Shown: in pieces, positions 13,301 through 25,849 of the stretch | How positions within the stretch are numbered: position 1 is the stretch's first letter | How the letters are laid out: each line of letters begins with the position of its first letter | Assembly (NCBI GenBank): GCA_003971905.1 | Contig: RSEE01000063.1 | Span: forward strand, 186,001 to 250,000 | Direction: 5' to 3' | DNA: 64,000 nt | Origin: Moniliella sp. 'wahieum' | Lineage: Eukaryota | The notes under the pieces: model-generated | Databases searched by the model: none | Told to the model about the DNA's origin: nothing | Seen by the model: only the letters and a program-made list of their open reading frames with translations | Position numbers and translations under genes: made by a program

Positions 13301-14299
13301 TGAAATGAAGCGTGAAGTGAAGCTTGGAGGGAAGCGTGAAGTGAAGCTTGGAGGGAAACGTGAAGGGAACGGCTCCGAGGGCAGAGAGAGAGAGAGACAA
13401 GGAGGACAAGGAGGATGGGATGGGGGGATGGGTTGGGTTCTGTCTGCCTTGCTGCCCGAGTCAAGTTGGTTTGGGTTGGGGTGGGGTGGGTAAGGTAAGG
13501 TGGGTAAGTCGGTGGGCAATGTTTTGTTGCGCATGTAGTACCTATCCTAGGGCGAATACGCTCACGTAGCGAGTAGCGTGGGCAGGGACAGGTTGCACGC
13601 CACTGTACCATGTACCATGTACGCTATACGCTATACCTACCGAGTGGGGGGCGGGCGGTGCGCCAGACAAGCGTCAAGTACCACATGAGGAAACGAGCGG
13701 CGGAAGATGGGAGTGGGCCAAGCAACTAATAGTTGATTGAATTGTAGTGTATGTATGGTGTCGGCTGCCAGCCACGGTGGCCACTCTTTTCGCGACTACA
13801 ATTTGGGCGATAATACTACGGTGCGACGCTACGGAGGTGCGGTGGCAGCTGCCCGATACATGGTAATCGATAGTAATCGATACACGGTAATCGATAATCC
13901 CACTGTCAGCGCGCGCAGAGGAACGATGAACGGTGGATTGGATTGACGATTGACGATTGACAAGGGGAAGAGAGGTGGCGGCACTGCGAGTGCGCGATGG
14001 ACATGGACGAGTGAGGTAGACCGATCCCGCCCGCTCCGCTCGTAGGACCCAGCGAGCCAAGCCAACTAAGAAGAGTAAGCGCGTCGTTACGTTGCTCCCA
14101 CACCAGTCTGTCTGTCGCACTGCTGAATGCTGAATGCTGAATGCTGTACTTGTTCGGACGATGGAATGGGATGGAATGGAATAGAGCATGAAGATCGTTC
14201 GATATGTTCGCTATTCAGGGCGCGGCACCGGCTCGGAGATCTGATCGCCGTGGACGACTTACACTTAGCACTTAGCTCTTAGTACTTAGTACTTAGTAC

Positions 14300-16262
14300 C
14301 TACTTCTTCAGGGTACCAATGACCGTGTAGGGCGCGTACTTGTCAATCACCGAGATGTCATGCAGCATCAAAAACGGTTCGGTCGCATCCGTGCCGGCGT
14401 ACTTGAGCACCGCCGTCGTTCCGCCCGGGTGGTCCGGGAGGAACTTGGTCACATCCAGCACCTTGTCTTCCACCACGACCCAGACATCGTCCTTGGACTT
14501 ATGCTTGGCCACCTCGTCCATCGTGTACACGGCCGCCTTGACAGGCTCTTCAGCGGGCGGTGCAGCGGCGGCTGGGGCAGCCGGAGCCGGAGCCGGAGCA
14601 GCCGCGCTGACCGTAGCACCAGACGGGGAAGCTGATGCGCCATCAGCGTCCCAGTGGAACGACAAGTTGACCGACTTGTCCGTCGGGTTGACCTTGATGC
14701 GCGTTTCGAGTTGGTTAGCCAGCTGGCCAATACGTCCCGCAGCGATTTGGCCCTTGGAAAGTCCTTCGAGCAAGTAGGCTGCTGCGCTGTCACCTGCCAC
14801 CCGGCCGTACACCACGCACCCCAACAACGACGATCCGCCCAATCGGTTCGCGCCGTGCACGCCGCCTGCAATTTCGCCTGCGGCAAACAAGCCTGGGATG
14901 GGGGCGCCTGTGCCCTTGTGCAGAATCTGGGCTTCGGGACTAATTTCCACACCGCCCATCGTGTAGTGCAAGACGGGGGCCATGAGGCTGCTGTAGTAAG
15001 GCCCCTGACGCATGTGGAAGTTGCGATGGAACTTTTTCCCAAACGGATCAGGAATCTTTCCTCCGGACGAGGCGATCTTTTCGTACGCGTCAAACGTAGC
15101 GAGCAACTTGTCCGTGGAGATGCCCATGTCCTTGGCCAGATCGTCGTACGTTTCAAACCGTTGCATCAGACCACGCGCAGCATAGTGCTTGCAGTGCCAC
15201 TCAATCTCTGCGCTCGCCTCACCATTGAGCACCAAACGAATCGGGAACTTATCGTGCTTCCACATGGCTGCCGTCACCACGGCGCGCTTCTCCAGTTCAT
15301 CAACGAACCGGTCACCATCGCGGTCGAGCAGCAGGCCACCCACCCCACGCAGCGCCTCAGCTGCCAAAAACTTCACCTTGGCATCAGGTTCGGCCGGATC
15401 AATCAACCCGGTCGGATGGACCTGTACCTTTTCCATATCAATCAGCGATCCGCCAATGGCGCGAACCATCTTTTGACCGTCGCCCGTGCAGTGGGCGCCA
15501 TTGGTCGTGGGCAAGTTCATCCACTCGGCTTAAACTCCTTGAGCAACGAGTCGGACGAAAAGTCGGCAGCGTACCCTCCAGTAGCCAACACGACCGGACC
15601 ACTTTCACGGTGCGTGGTTGCCATCGTGCTCATACTCTACACCCACCACAGCCTCGTTCTCAAACAACAGCTGGGTCACCCGAGCCTTTTTGAGAATGGT
15701 CAACCGTTCCGGCTCAGCAGCCGCAATGTCCTCAGCCTTGTTCATCAAAGCCATGGTGATTTCCATGCCGGGGAACTGGGCTGCACCACGGTGCGTACGT
15801 GGCTGCGAGTGACCGCCGAGGCGCGCAACGCGCGTCAGGTCCAGAGCAAACTTGTCTTCCAGCCAGTCGACAGCCGCGCCCGACTTGTACGTCACACGGA
15901 TCAACGGGTCGCGAGCCAACTCGGCAGCAGACTTTTTGGTATCGTCAAAAAAGATCTTGGGCGTGTCGTGGATGTGCTGGGCGGCCTGGGAGGCGGTGCC
16001 GGCACCGTTGATGCCGGACGTGGCCTATGGGAGGAGAGGGGGGGGATGGACGACGGTCAGTACCAGTACTCCGTGGGGTCCAGCGAGGGGTGCAAGCGCA
16101 GGAAGCAGAAACGGGAGGTTGGCTGTTGACTTACCTTGGTGGAGTTGCCGCCGAAAAAGGCATTCTTGTCGAGGAGGATACGTTGGCGCCGCGCTCGAGG
16201 AGGGAGTGGGTGGCAGACAGGCCGGCGAGGCCGCCGCCAACGACGATTGCGCGAGGAGCCAT
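14300..16262 (-). CDS. OSM1: Soluble fumarate reductase (flavocytochrome c / FAD_binding_2 family) with C-terminal cytochrome b5 domain
   Basis: N-terminal MAPRAIVVGGGLAGLSA FAD motif. GGNSTK|ATSGING spans a GT-AG intron (16025-16134). Also VQVHPTG, AAEALRG, HYTMGG, GVHGANRLGGSSLL, and the b5 motif FLPDHPGG...DATEPFLMLH. Several 1-bp frameshifts. Confidence 0.93.
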
Positions 16263-17252
16263 GGGGGGCAGAGGGGGGTTGGAAGCGAGGAGAGGCGGGG
16301 GTGCCGGGAGTGGAAGGGCAGGGGAAGGACAGAGACCACGCACGCGCCGACGGAGGGTTTAAGACGGGGGGCGGGTGGGCGGCATTCATTCGCATTCACA
16401 CTCACATTCACATCTCGTGCTCCCTCTCGCCGCAGGCAGGCGAGGGCTGGCTGAATGCGACCGGCTCCCGGCAGCCGCACGCACCCGACGACGCGCCTAG
16501 CAGCAGCAAGCAAAGCGCAAGCGCAGGCAAACGAGCGGGCTGCAGGGGGCGCTGTGCTCGGTGCGGCAGGGCTGGGCAAACAGCTCTTTTGCCCCTCGAC
16601 CAGCATGCCCCTCGCCCCGGCAGGCGGCCGCAGCACCCAAAGTGGGTCGTGCGCAGCGCACACAGGCGCCGTGCCAGCTGCTTTACCCCGCACCACGCAC
16701 TGCCCCTGGCGCCGCCTGGAGCGCAGCGGCAGCGCTGACCAACGCTGACCAACGGGCGCACGGGGGCGCTGTTGGCGGGGCGTCATGCATCGGGCATCTG
16801 TCCACCTGGCGCGATGCAGAATGCAGATGCGCATCCACCAGCATGCTGCATGCCTGCCTGCCGCCCGTCCTATTCAGTGCGCCCTACGCCGCGCCTCGGT
16901 TGCTGCGTTCAACTGAGCGTTAACGTTAACCCCGCAGCACCCACAGCACGCAGACACGCAGACGAGCGTCGTGTGCTGCACGGGTGCTTGTGCTTGTGCT
17001 TGTGCTTGTGCTTGCGCTCCTCTTTCCCCGCCTTGGCTGCGCGGCCCCTACGATAACCCCACTGCAAGCCCCACCCTTGCGCGGCTGGGTGCGGCCGTCA
17101 CGTGCCTCTCACACGTCTGCCCCCGCCGCCTTTCCCTCTTCGAGCTTAGATGCTATACGCTGCTACGCTGCAGGCGGCCCGTCTCAGATCTCAGACCCAT
17201 CCATCATACAAGTACAGCACCCCCCGTGCATCCGGCCTCCGTGCCTCCGCAC

Positions 17253-19575
17253 TTACTTTTTGGGCTTGGCGCGGAAGGCCAGCAGCGCCTCGAGCTCCGC
17301 GACGGGCAGGCCAGCGTCAAGAATTCGTGCCGCAGCAGTTCGTGCGCCGTGGCGCGCGACTTGACGTCGACGCAGAGGCAGACGGCCAAGAAGTTTTTCA
17401 ATGCGCGCGACAAGCGTTCGGGTGTGGTGTCGAGTGTGGGGTACCGTTGGTAGCGATCAGGTAGAGAGCCTTTAACGGTTCTTCGTCCAGGTAGGGAGGT
17501 TCCGACTCGAGCAGTTCGATCAGCAGAATGCCCAAGCTCCAAATGTCCACTTTTTCCCCATACTCCTTTTGCTTGACCACCTCGGGGCGCCATCCAGTAG
17601 GGCGTGCCGACCATCGTGGCCCGCTTCGAGCGCTGGTCCGTCAGCTTGGCGCAGAACCCGAAATCGGTAATTTTCACGTGGCCGCGGCTGAGGAGGATGT
17701 TGTCGGATTTAATGCGCGGTGGATGATGGACTGGGCATGGAGGTGCTCCAAGCCCTTGCACGTCTCGGCCGAGATGGCAGCAATTTGGGGCTCGGTGAGC
17801 GTGTTGTTATCAATAATGTCCGTCAACGCACCGCCTTCCATGTACTCCATAATCACCCACAGCTCATTCTCCTTGACCAGAAACGAGTCGAGGAAATTGA
17901 CAATGTTCGGGTGCTGACTTTCCTTCATGACCAAGATCTCATTGACGATCAACTCCTTGCGAGGCTGTTGTGCCAAATCCATCGTCTTGATCGCCACCCG
18001 TTCGCCTGTTGCCAACGTTTGCCCACATACACGGACCCACTCGCACCCTGCCCGACCTTCTTGGTCTTGGAATAAAGCGTAGAAGGATTTGTGGCGACAC
18101 GACCGTCTTGAGCTTGGCCAAGATCTGGGCTTCCGTCATCGTACTCACACGTTTATCGCCGTCCTTGGCCTTGGATCCAGCTGGCTTGACCGACGCCCGG
18201 ACCAGGCACTGGCTTGGGCTGCGGCGAGACCTTGGGCGAGACCTTGGGCGATACTTTGGGCGCCGGTGGCGCCGGACGACCACTAACGGAGACGCCGTCT
18301 TGGAACCACCACCACAGCAGCCGCAGCCGGCACGGCAAGTGACGGCGATGGTTTCTTGGCCAGCGCTTCCCCTTGCGCTGCTACGGCCGGGACAGCCTTG
18401 CCCCCGGTAGCCGAGGCTGGCGTAGTAGATGCCGCGGTGCGCTCGGGGGAGGGATCAGTGGTCTTGCGCACAGGGGAGGGGCAGGCGCCGCGCGTTGCCC
18501 ATGGATCCGCAGTTGGCTCAGCCGCGCCAACGTCCCTGACGAGGAGGAGGACGTGGTGAGAGCCGGTGGCGAGGTGGCCGATGCCGATGCCGAGGCTGGG
18601 CCCGCGGCCGAGGACAAAGTGGAGGGAGAGAAGGTGCAGCAGGGGAAGTAGAGTTGGGAGAGGCGAGTGTGCTAGTGCCGGTACTGGTACTTGTGCCCGC
18701 AACGACTTGGTGACGACTTGAGGAGCCTTGTGGGGCGCGGTAATCTCGTTGCCGAAATCGTCCTTTTCGCGGGTTTGAATGTCGGTGTAAAATTCGAGCA
18801 CGTCGAGGACGGCTTGTGGGTCTTGACATAATCTTCCTTGGTGATAGCCGAGGTGGTTAGAGTTGGTCCACTGTTCCGGCAGGCCAGTGAAGGCGCCTGT
18901 GACGGGATCAAAGCCGACGTGCACTTGGTGCTTGAACCCGGTCGGAGCCGACACCACCCAGCATAGGCGCCCGACTGTAAATCTCGTCATCCAACTGTAC
19001 AGTTCGGCATCGGATTTGAGTTGCAAAAAAGTACGTTTTGCCCTTGGCCTCGAGCTCGATGCAGTACGGCTTCAAATCGGTGCGGGTGACGGACCCAATG
19101 TCGCGCAAGAAACAGCAGCGTCGAGGGCTGGTACGTGCCTTCGTTCTTGTGGAACGTAAGCGTCTGCTCGCGCAATGCCATCAACCGTTTGGCCCACATC
19201 ATGATCGCAGCCCCTCCTCTTTCACCGACACGTATCCTGCACGCACCACCGCCGTTGAGTTGCCCCCGGGCGAGGAGGGGGTGGAGTTGAGGCCATAGGC
19301 GCCGATGCCGGCGGTGGGGGTGCCGGCGATGGGGAGGAGAGGACCCGTGTAGGGCGAGGCGGAGGCGGAGGCAGGGGAGAGCAGGGGCAGAGGCAGGGCA
19401 GAGGCAGGGGCAGAGACAGAGGCTGCGGCAGGAGCAGCGGCAGCAGGGGCGGTGGAGGAGGGAGCAGCGGCTGCGGTGGGTGCAGCGGGGGCGGGGCGGG
19501 AGGGGGTGAGGGATGCGCCGAAGGGATCGGTGGCGTGGGCGCTGGGGTGTAGGCGTGCTCCGAGAAGTAGCTCAT
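17253..19575 (-). CDS. CLA4: PAK-family kinase with PH, CRIB and kinase domains
   Basis: PH domain ([15 protein letters not shown]...[12 protein letters not shown]), CRIB ([17 protein letters not shown]), kinase motifs [41 protein letters not shown] and [10 protein letters not shown]. Multiple frameshifts. Confidence 0.93.
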
Positions 19576-20200
19576 GGTGGGGGGGGGGGGGCGCGGAGCG
19601 TGGCGCACCTCGTGGGGCGGCAGAAAAAAAGTGGTGGAGGGGGCGGGCAGGCGGGCGGGCGGCGTGGCTGGGGGGTGGCTTGTCGGGGGGAGTGCTGGCA
19701 GGCGGGCAGGCTGCTGGCTGCTGCTGGCCGTCAGCGCTTCCTGCGGTCGCTGTCGGCGGGGGGCGTCCGCTGTCCAACCCTACCCCACCCACCCTCGGCC
19801 TGGCCACTGTCGCACCCACCAACCCTACCCATATCCAGCCTGCCCTAGCAGACCATCCGCCACGTCACCGCCGCATCCCCCTGCCCTGCTCAGCCGAGCC
19901 AGCACTGCTTGGCTTGGCTGTCACGCCGTCGCCATCATCGTCATCTGGGCTCACGCCGTCACGTGCTCGCCCAGCTAGGGTTGGGCCAACCCTACCACCA
20001 GCGCTTCGAAATTCACCTCACCTGCCTGTTGGTTGCTTGCAGGGCCACCCACGCCTGCCCTCTCTGGCTGGCTCATTTCTATCCCCCCCCACACTCCCGC
20101 CCCCGCCGGTGAGCTGCCGCTGGCCTCCTGCGCCCGGATGTCCACGCAATACATACACGAACCCAGCATGTCCACGGACGAAGCCTGTGCTGGCCGTAGC

Positions 20201-20910
20201 CTACGCAGCCTGTGCGAACGGACTGCCGAACCAGCCGAAACCAGAAACCAGAAAACACAAAACACAAAACACCACAGCCACAGCCACAGCCAGGGTCAGC
20301 ACACACCTCCCATCGCCGCCCCGAGGCAAGACACAAGCAAGCGATGTTGGGACCTTGGTCTGACGTACTTTTCAATCGCCTCGAACCCATCCACCGGGTT
20401 GATCACCGTCAGCGCTGTGCCCCGCAGCACAGTGAGGCCCAGAGGACGCAGCGCGCCCGTTGGTTGTCCCGTCACGGGGTCGCGCACCGTTTCTTCGACA
20501 TCGTCCAGGACCATGTTCATCAGCTGGTCCCATCCCTTGAGCACGCCCACCACTGCACACACACACATGCACACACACAAGCCCACACAGGCATTCGTCC
20601 CTGATCAGTCCTCTGTTCTTCCTTTTCGTCCTGCACGCAAGCGCAAGCACCACCGCAGGAACCCAACCCAGGCCAACCAACCCAGGCCAACCCAACCCAA
20701 ACGAAAATCAGCACGTACCTTCACGTCCACCTGCAAACTTGACGCGGATTTTACGGTCGGGAAGCGGCTCAAGTCCAAGATAGCTTCGCGTTTCGGTCGT
20801 TCCGGGCCGGAGATGGGGCGGGATCCAGAGGCGTGGGATGCGGCGCCTCCACGACCACCGCGGTGGCCGCCGCGGCCTCGACCGCGAGGTGCACCAGTTC
20901 GCTCAGACAT
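20201..20910 (-). CDS. LSM7: U6 snRNA-associated Sm-like protein LSm7
   Basis: ERPKREAILDLSRF...VVGVLKGWDQLMNMVLDDVEE...RPLGLTVLRGTALTVINPVDGFEAIE|NPFAQAA*. Two introns (~20573-20718 and ~20224-20368). Confidence 0.93.
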
Positions 20911-21559
20911 GCCGGTGTGCAGAGGAGCGTGGGTCAAAACCAACCATGAATCAAGCCCACGACGAGCCAAGCGAGGGCTGGGCGTCGGCCAGCTCGTTCC
21001 GCCCTACGGCGGAACCGCAATACGAAGGTAAGTGGCCCACTGGTCACCGGTGAGGCTCATCCCTCACCGCTCACGTCACACGTCACGCTCACCCCGTGAT
21101 ATTGACACCAACAGGATCAGGACTCTGGCCTACACCGGACCGCCGCTGGCCGAGATTGGCTGGCAGGAAATGCGCTGGGTCGGTACCCCCGGCACCGCTC
21201 CCAGCTCACCGCTCCCAGCTCACATGGCCAGGAGCTAGCTGGGGGCACTGACTCTGTCGTTGCCGGTGCAGGTCCTATTGCATGACATGTGGCCTGTGAT
21301 GGGAAATCCTTAATCATCACTCTTTTCCCGATCCTGAACCTGATCTCAAGCGCCAAGGGAGGAGGTACGTGGGGTAAAGGATAAATAAAGGGTTGACACC
21401 CCCACAGTCTAACGTCCAACGTCTATCGTCGATTTACCTCCTAGTAGCCATGTGAGACCCAACCCTTTGGTGTCCAGTACCAGTATCCAATCCCGTTAGT
21501 AGTAGCAGCGTTCGTCTTTGGGCCCCAACGCAACGCAAGGCGGTAAAGTGCATACATAC

Positions 21560-22522
21560 TTACTGCGTTTGCGGTCCGTACCCCCTCAATCCCTCTGCGA
21601 AGCCCCACTCGGTTTCGTTGGAGCGGGGGGTGGAATCAATGTCGACGCCATCCTTGGTGACTTTGGCAAAGACGAAGCGGTTGATGGAGCGGGCATCATG
21701 GTAAAACAAGATGCGTAAGCAATCTTGGAGGATCTGTTTGGCATCTGATTCGGTCAACTCAGTTTCGCGTCCGACGACGCGTTTGCGTAAGAGGGGAATG
21801 GCAATGTGCAATCCAAATCCAGTAGCGATGACCGACGACGTGTACGTCGTCCCGAGCAGATCGACAAATCTAAAAACGACTCGCCTGTCGTTGGTCCACC
21901 CCGCCCAACACGTACGCGTTCCATAACGGGTTCATCTTTGTTCGCCGTTGGTACATCACCCGCGACAGGTACGCGTACACCTGCTCCGGCGACAAGGGCT
22001 GGTCATCGTCCTCGTTCGACTCTTTGATCCTGCCAGCACACGCACAAGGCACAAGGTTACGGTTAGAATCGTATTTGGAAATCCGTTTGCCTTGTCTCTG
22101 ATCCACCAGTCCAACACTCCAATACTCCACCAGTCAAACAGAGCAAGTGACACTGGCAGGGACAGTGGCCAGGTTAGGGCGACGTACATGAGTTTCTGAA
22201 GCAAAGTTTGAGTGTACTGAAAGTCCGACATGTCCCCGCTGGCACCGAGGATAGTATTGGCGCCAACATCGACGATCCGGCGAATGTCCATGAACCGAGC
22301 GAGGGAACCATACGATGCAAGCGTGTCTGCAGCCAGCAGCACGCCATCCTTGTATTTGATACCGAGGACCGAGGTGCCCGTGACGATGGGTTGTTGGGTG
22401 TGCTGCACGCCTTGGGCAAACGAGTCTGTGGTGCCCGGACGCACATAGTCGGGACCAGCAATGGTGCGGGGGGCGGAGGACCAGGCCTGGGCAGGGAAAT
22501 GCGAAGGGGTGGTGAACTGCAT
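21560..22522 (-). CDS. PRE4: 20S proteasome subunit beta 7 (PSMB4 ortholog)
   Basis: QHTQQPIVTGTSVLGIKY, AADTLASYGSLARF, GASGDMSDFQ, MYQRRTKMNPLWN, CLRILFYHDARSINRF and terminal RGYGPQTQ*. One intron (~22031-22187). Confidence 0.95.
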
Positions 22523-22734
22523 GGGGGTGGAGGAGGTGGTGTGGGCGGGGGGACGGCCAGTAGTCCCAGCGGCGTGCGCCGGAGCGCACAGCCTGCCTGA
22601 GCGTACAACCTGCCTGAGCGGGCCTGAGGCCTGAGCGCAAGAGCGGAGACCCACGCGTCGTCAGCCGCCGAGCGGAATTGGATAGCTTGTTGCATGTTAG
22701 GGGATCTGATTTCATTAATCGTTTCCGACTGCCG

Positions 22735-22850
22735 ATGCCAGATGCCAGATGTCAATGCCTGCATCCCGATTTCAAATTTAACATTCACCGTTTCAACGAT
22801 CCCCTGGACGTTCAATGTTCAATGTTCAATTGAACGTTCAAGCTTCAAGA
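22735..22850. promoter_or_regulatory. Heptamer array in the divergent promoter between PRE4 and the DUF2470-like gene
   Basis: ttcaatgttcaatgttcaattgaacgttcaagcttcaaga lies between the two divergent start codons. The regulatory role is inferred. Confidence 0.45.
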
Positions 22851-23017
22851 TACCACACAGACACCCCTCGGGCTGGCCACGTGGTGCGGCTGGTCCCTGG
22901 CTTACCGGTCACTCAATTTGGCAGGAGCAGCGGCAACGGCGAGCCAATCCCGTCGTCTAGCTTGGCGCGGTCCGTTCCCGGCGGTCGATACCTACCCAAC
23001 CATCTTCTCCCTCCCAC

Positions 23018-23962
23018 ATGGCCCCACGCTCCGCCAAGTCGTCCACCCCTACGGACGCCATTGCCTACCGCTCCGGGGCGATCACCGCATCCATCAACAA
23101 GGAAGAGGACCAGGTACGTTGTACCCTACCCTACTCTACCTACCCTACCCTTGCTTCCAGTTAGCTACCACGCAGCTCATGTCGCGTCCTGCGTCTCAGG
23201 CTGCTGCATGTGCATGTGCATGTGCATGTGCATGCTTGACCGGTGCGTCCCGCCTAACTCCCTTTTTCAGGATGGCATTCGCGCTCTGGCCCAATGGGCC
23301 ACGCACGCCGATCGGCCCCCCAAGGAAGCCAAGGTGACCAAGATTGATGCGCACGGGTTCAGTGTCGAGTACAAGTTGGTGACGCAGTTTCTGCGGGGTA
23401 CCAAGGCGAAAACGGTTCGGATCGAGTACGATGCGTTGCCTCTCCATGGGGCAGAGGGCAAGACCAAACGTAAGGTGAGCATGAAGGATGCTGCGGAGGC
23501 CAAGCAGGCTGTGGCTACGTTATCCCATGCGCTGCGTCAAGTGGGCTTTCCTGAGGGATCCTTGTCTCGTGCAGAGATGGCAGAGTACGAGACGCGCACG
23601 CCAGTACTGTTTGCTCCCAGTATGGATTCGTTCTTGCCTGTCGTGGTGCTTTTCAGTGCGTTTGTGCTCTACTCGCCGTTCTGGAGAGAAACGTTGTTGT
23701 CAGTGGAATTTCGCGCGTACCTGTGGGACTGGGTGGGCGGGGAGAGAAAGGTGTAGACATGGCCAAGTACGCGTTCCGCATGGTAGGCCAAGTCCATGCG
23801 GTCGAGGCATGCATCATGTCCACCATCGCTATCCGCCGTGGCTCACCGCCTCTCATGACGCTCACCTGGGTCGTCGCAACGTTTTTCATTGGCTTCACTT
23901 GCTTCCCTAAATTCTTCAAGTTGAATCCGTTACCGCTCCGGTACAAGACCAAGGCCCAGTGA
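23018..23962 (+). CDS. DUF2470-like domain membrane protein with C-terminal TMEM254-like helices
   Basis: ATG 23018 and intron 23114-23270. Then AKVTKIDAHGFSVEY...KTVRIEYD (DUF2470-like), hydrophobic helices and HAVEACIM...LTWVVATFFIGF. One frameshift near 23755. The domain call is from memory of the pattern. Confidence 0.65.
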
Positions 23963-24278
23963 ACTCAGGCCTGTGGTGCTCATTCGCTTTTCCCCGTTGT
24001 ACCCCCCTGCTCCGACAAGGGATTAGGTTCCTATGCATGCTTAGTCCTCCCACGACACTGGGAGTGTATCCAGAGAGAGAGACGAACAGAGACAAAATCG
24101 TTGGCTCAAAAAAACGACCATAGCGACCGAGGGGGAATAAACGGGTGCAAAAAACTATGCTGATGCGGGGCGGGGAGAACACGGGAAAAAGGAGAGGAGA
24201 GGGTCCGGGGAGGAGCGGAGGGGTGGAGACACACAAAGAAGACGAGGACACAAAGGAGGAGAGTGGCGGGAGGACGGA

Positions 24279-25350
24279 TTAGTACCGCCGTGTAGGTGCA
24301 CTCACTGGCGATGCTCCCCCCGCCAGGCCGATCTGGGAGGACCGCATGGGCAAGTTGGCGGCACTGTCACCAGGGGAACGGAGCTGGTACTGGCTCTGCA
24401 CACGCGAATTGGGCGCGTGCTGGGCCACGGTTTCCTTGGCTGCCTCGTACATTTCCTGGATATCGTCCCGCAGTTGGGTCTGCAGTTGGTAGTAAGTCTT
24501 GATCTCGCGGTTGCGGGTCCGACGCGAGTTGGTGTGGAAATAGAGCAAGGCGAGACAGAGCACGATCCCACCCGCCACGAGACCAAGCGCGACCAGCACG
24601 TACACCCAAGCTCCCGTCTTGGAAGGGATGGGGCGGTTCCTTGCACACTCCCGTCGCATCGTTGTTGTACAACTGCGATCCGGACGCGCCTGAATTATCG
24701 ACACAGTGGAAGGAGCGGCACTCCTTGTCCGCCGCACACTTTTGCCCCAGATTCTTCTTCAACATACATACGGACGTCGGGGCATCACAGTAAAACCGCG
24801 GGTGGCAGTTGTCCCGGGAGATGATGTCGCCGTAGGTGAGGGTAGGTGTCTCGTAGACGGTGTAGACCGTGTTCTCATTCGTGCACTTGTCGCCACCGGT
24901 ATGGTTCTGGTACTGGCAAGTGAACTCGAGGCAGATGGACTTGACGCCATGAGCGACGAGCGAATCAGGCGGGGGCTGGCACTCGTCGTCCCGGTTCAGC
25001 TGGCAAGCGCCGCCGAGAGGAACGAGGGGCTTGCACGAGTCGAGTTCGTCGGGGCAAAACATGTTGGAAGGGCAGAGGGGAGGCCAGTCGGATTTGCGCG
25101 CATACCCAAACGGGTACTCGTCTTTCCTGCAACCGTTCGGATGGCATGTGTTGTCAGTTCCACAGTAGTGGAGGTTGTCGCATGCGGACACAAAGGCGTT
25201 CTGGTCTGGCGACAGGCGGTTGTTGGACACTGAGCAGGACGACGGGGGCGGGCCGGGAGTGGAGGCGGCGGCCGCCGCGCCGGCGTGGACCTGCAGCGCG
25301 AAGACCAAGGCCGCACCTAGTGCAGAGACAACGGAGGGAGGCATGCGCAT
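24279..25350 (-). CDS. Cysteine-rich single-pass (type I) membrane protein
   Basis: Signal peptide MRMPPSVVSALGAALVFALQVHA, then a Cys-dense ectodomain (GCRKDEYPFGY, FCPDE, GGACQLNRDDEC, CAADKECRS). TM segment WVYVLVALGLVAGGIVLCLALLYFH follows a frameshift near 24630, then a basic cytosolic tail. Confidence 0.8.
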
Positions 25351-25849
25351 CGTCACGCGGGGTGGATCGGGGGGGGGGGCGGGACGGGGGCACGCGGGGG
25401 GGACAGAGAGGAGGGGATGGTGGGCGTGCGCTTGCCGGGATGCGAGGCTGCGATGATCGACGGGCCGAGGCTGGCGAGGAGCGCCAAAAACAGAGTGGCA
25501 AGCACTGGGCCTCTGCTGTGCTTGCCGTCCGATCGGCATAGGGTTGGGGCAGCGTCCACGGGGGCAGTGCGCGGTGGCCCAGGCGCGCCTGCAGGCACCG
25601 CAGGGCACCCCACCGCCCGTCCCATCCGATGCAAGGGGCGTTGGGGGGCGTGGCAGGCGTGGCTTACCAGGCACGTGGCCAGTGTGTCGGGGTCCGGACG
25701 CTCGGTGCCGTCGCAGGCGTCGCCCTGCCAAGATGGGGCATTTATGAACATTGCACATCCCCAGTTCCAGTTCGCTCGCCCTGCACGAAGCCAAACCAAA
25801 AACTACACGAGTCGCCCGCCCGGATGGTATAACAATGCTTTTGTCCAGC

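Noticed and set aside
17253..19575. Programmed ribosomal frameshifting or pseudogene status for CLA4 and other genes
   Set aside because: The shifts are numerous, scattered, lack common slippery sites and hit essential genes whose residues are otherwise conserved.
21115..21325. Possible box C/D snoRNA (minus-strand GTGATGA and a GTGATG/CATCAC hairpin)
   Set aside because: The nearest CTGA is about 200 nt away, and there is no terminal stem or recognisable rRNA guide.
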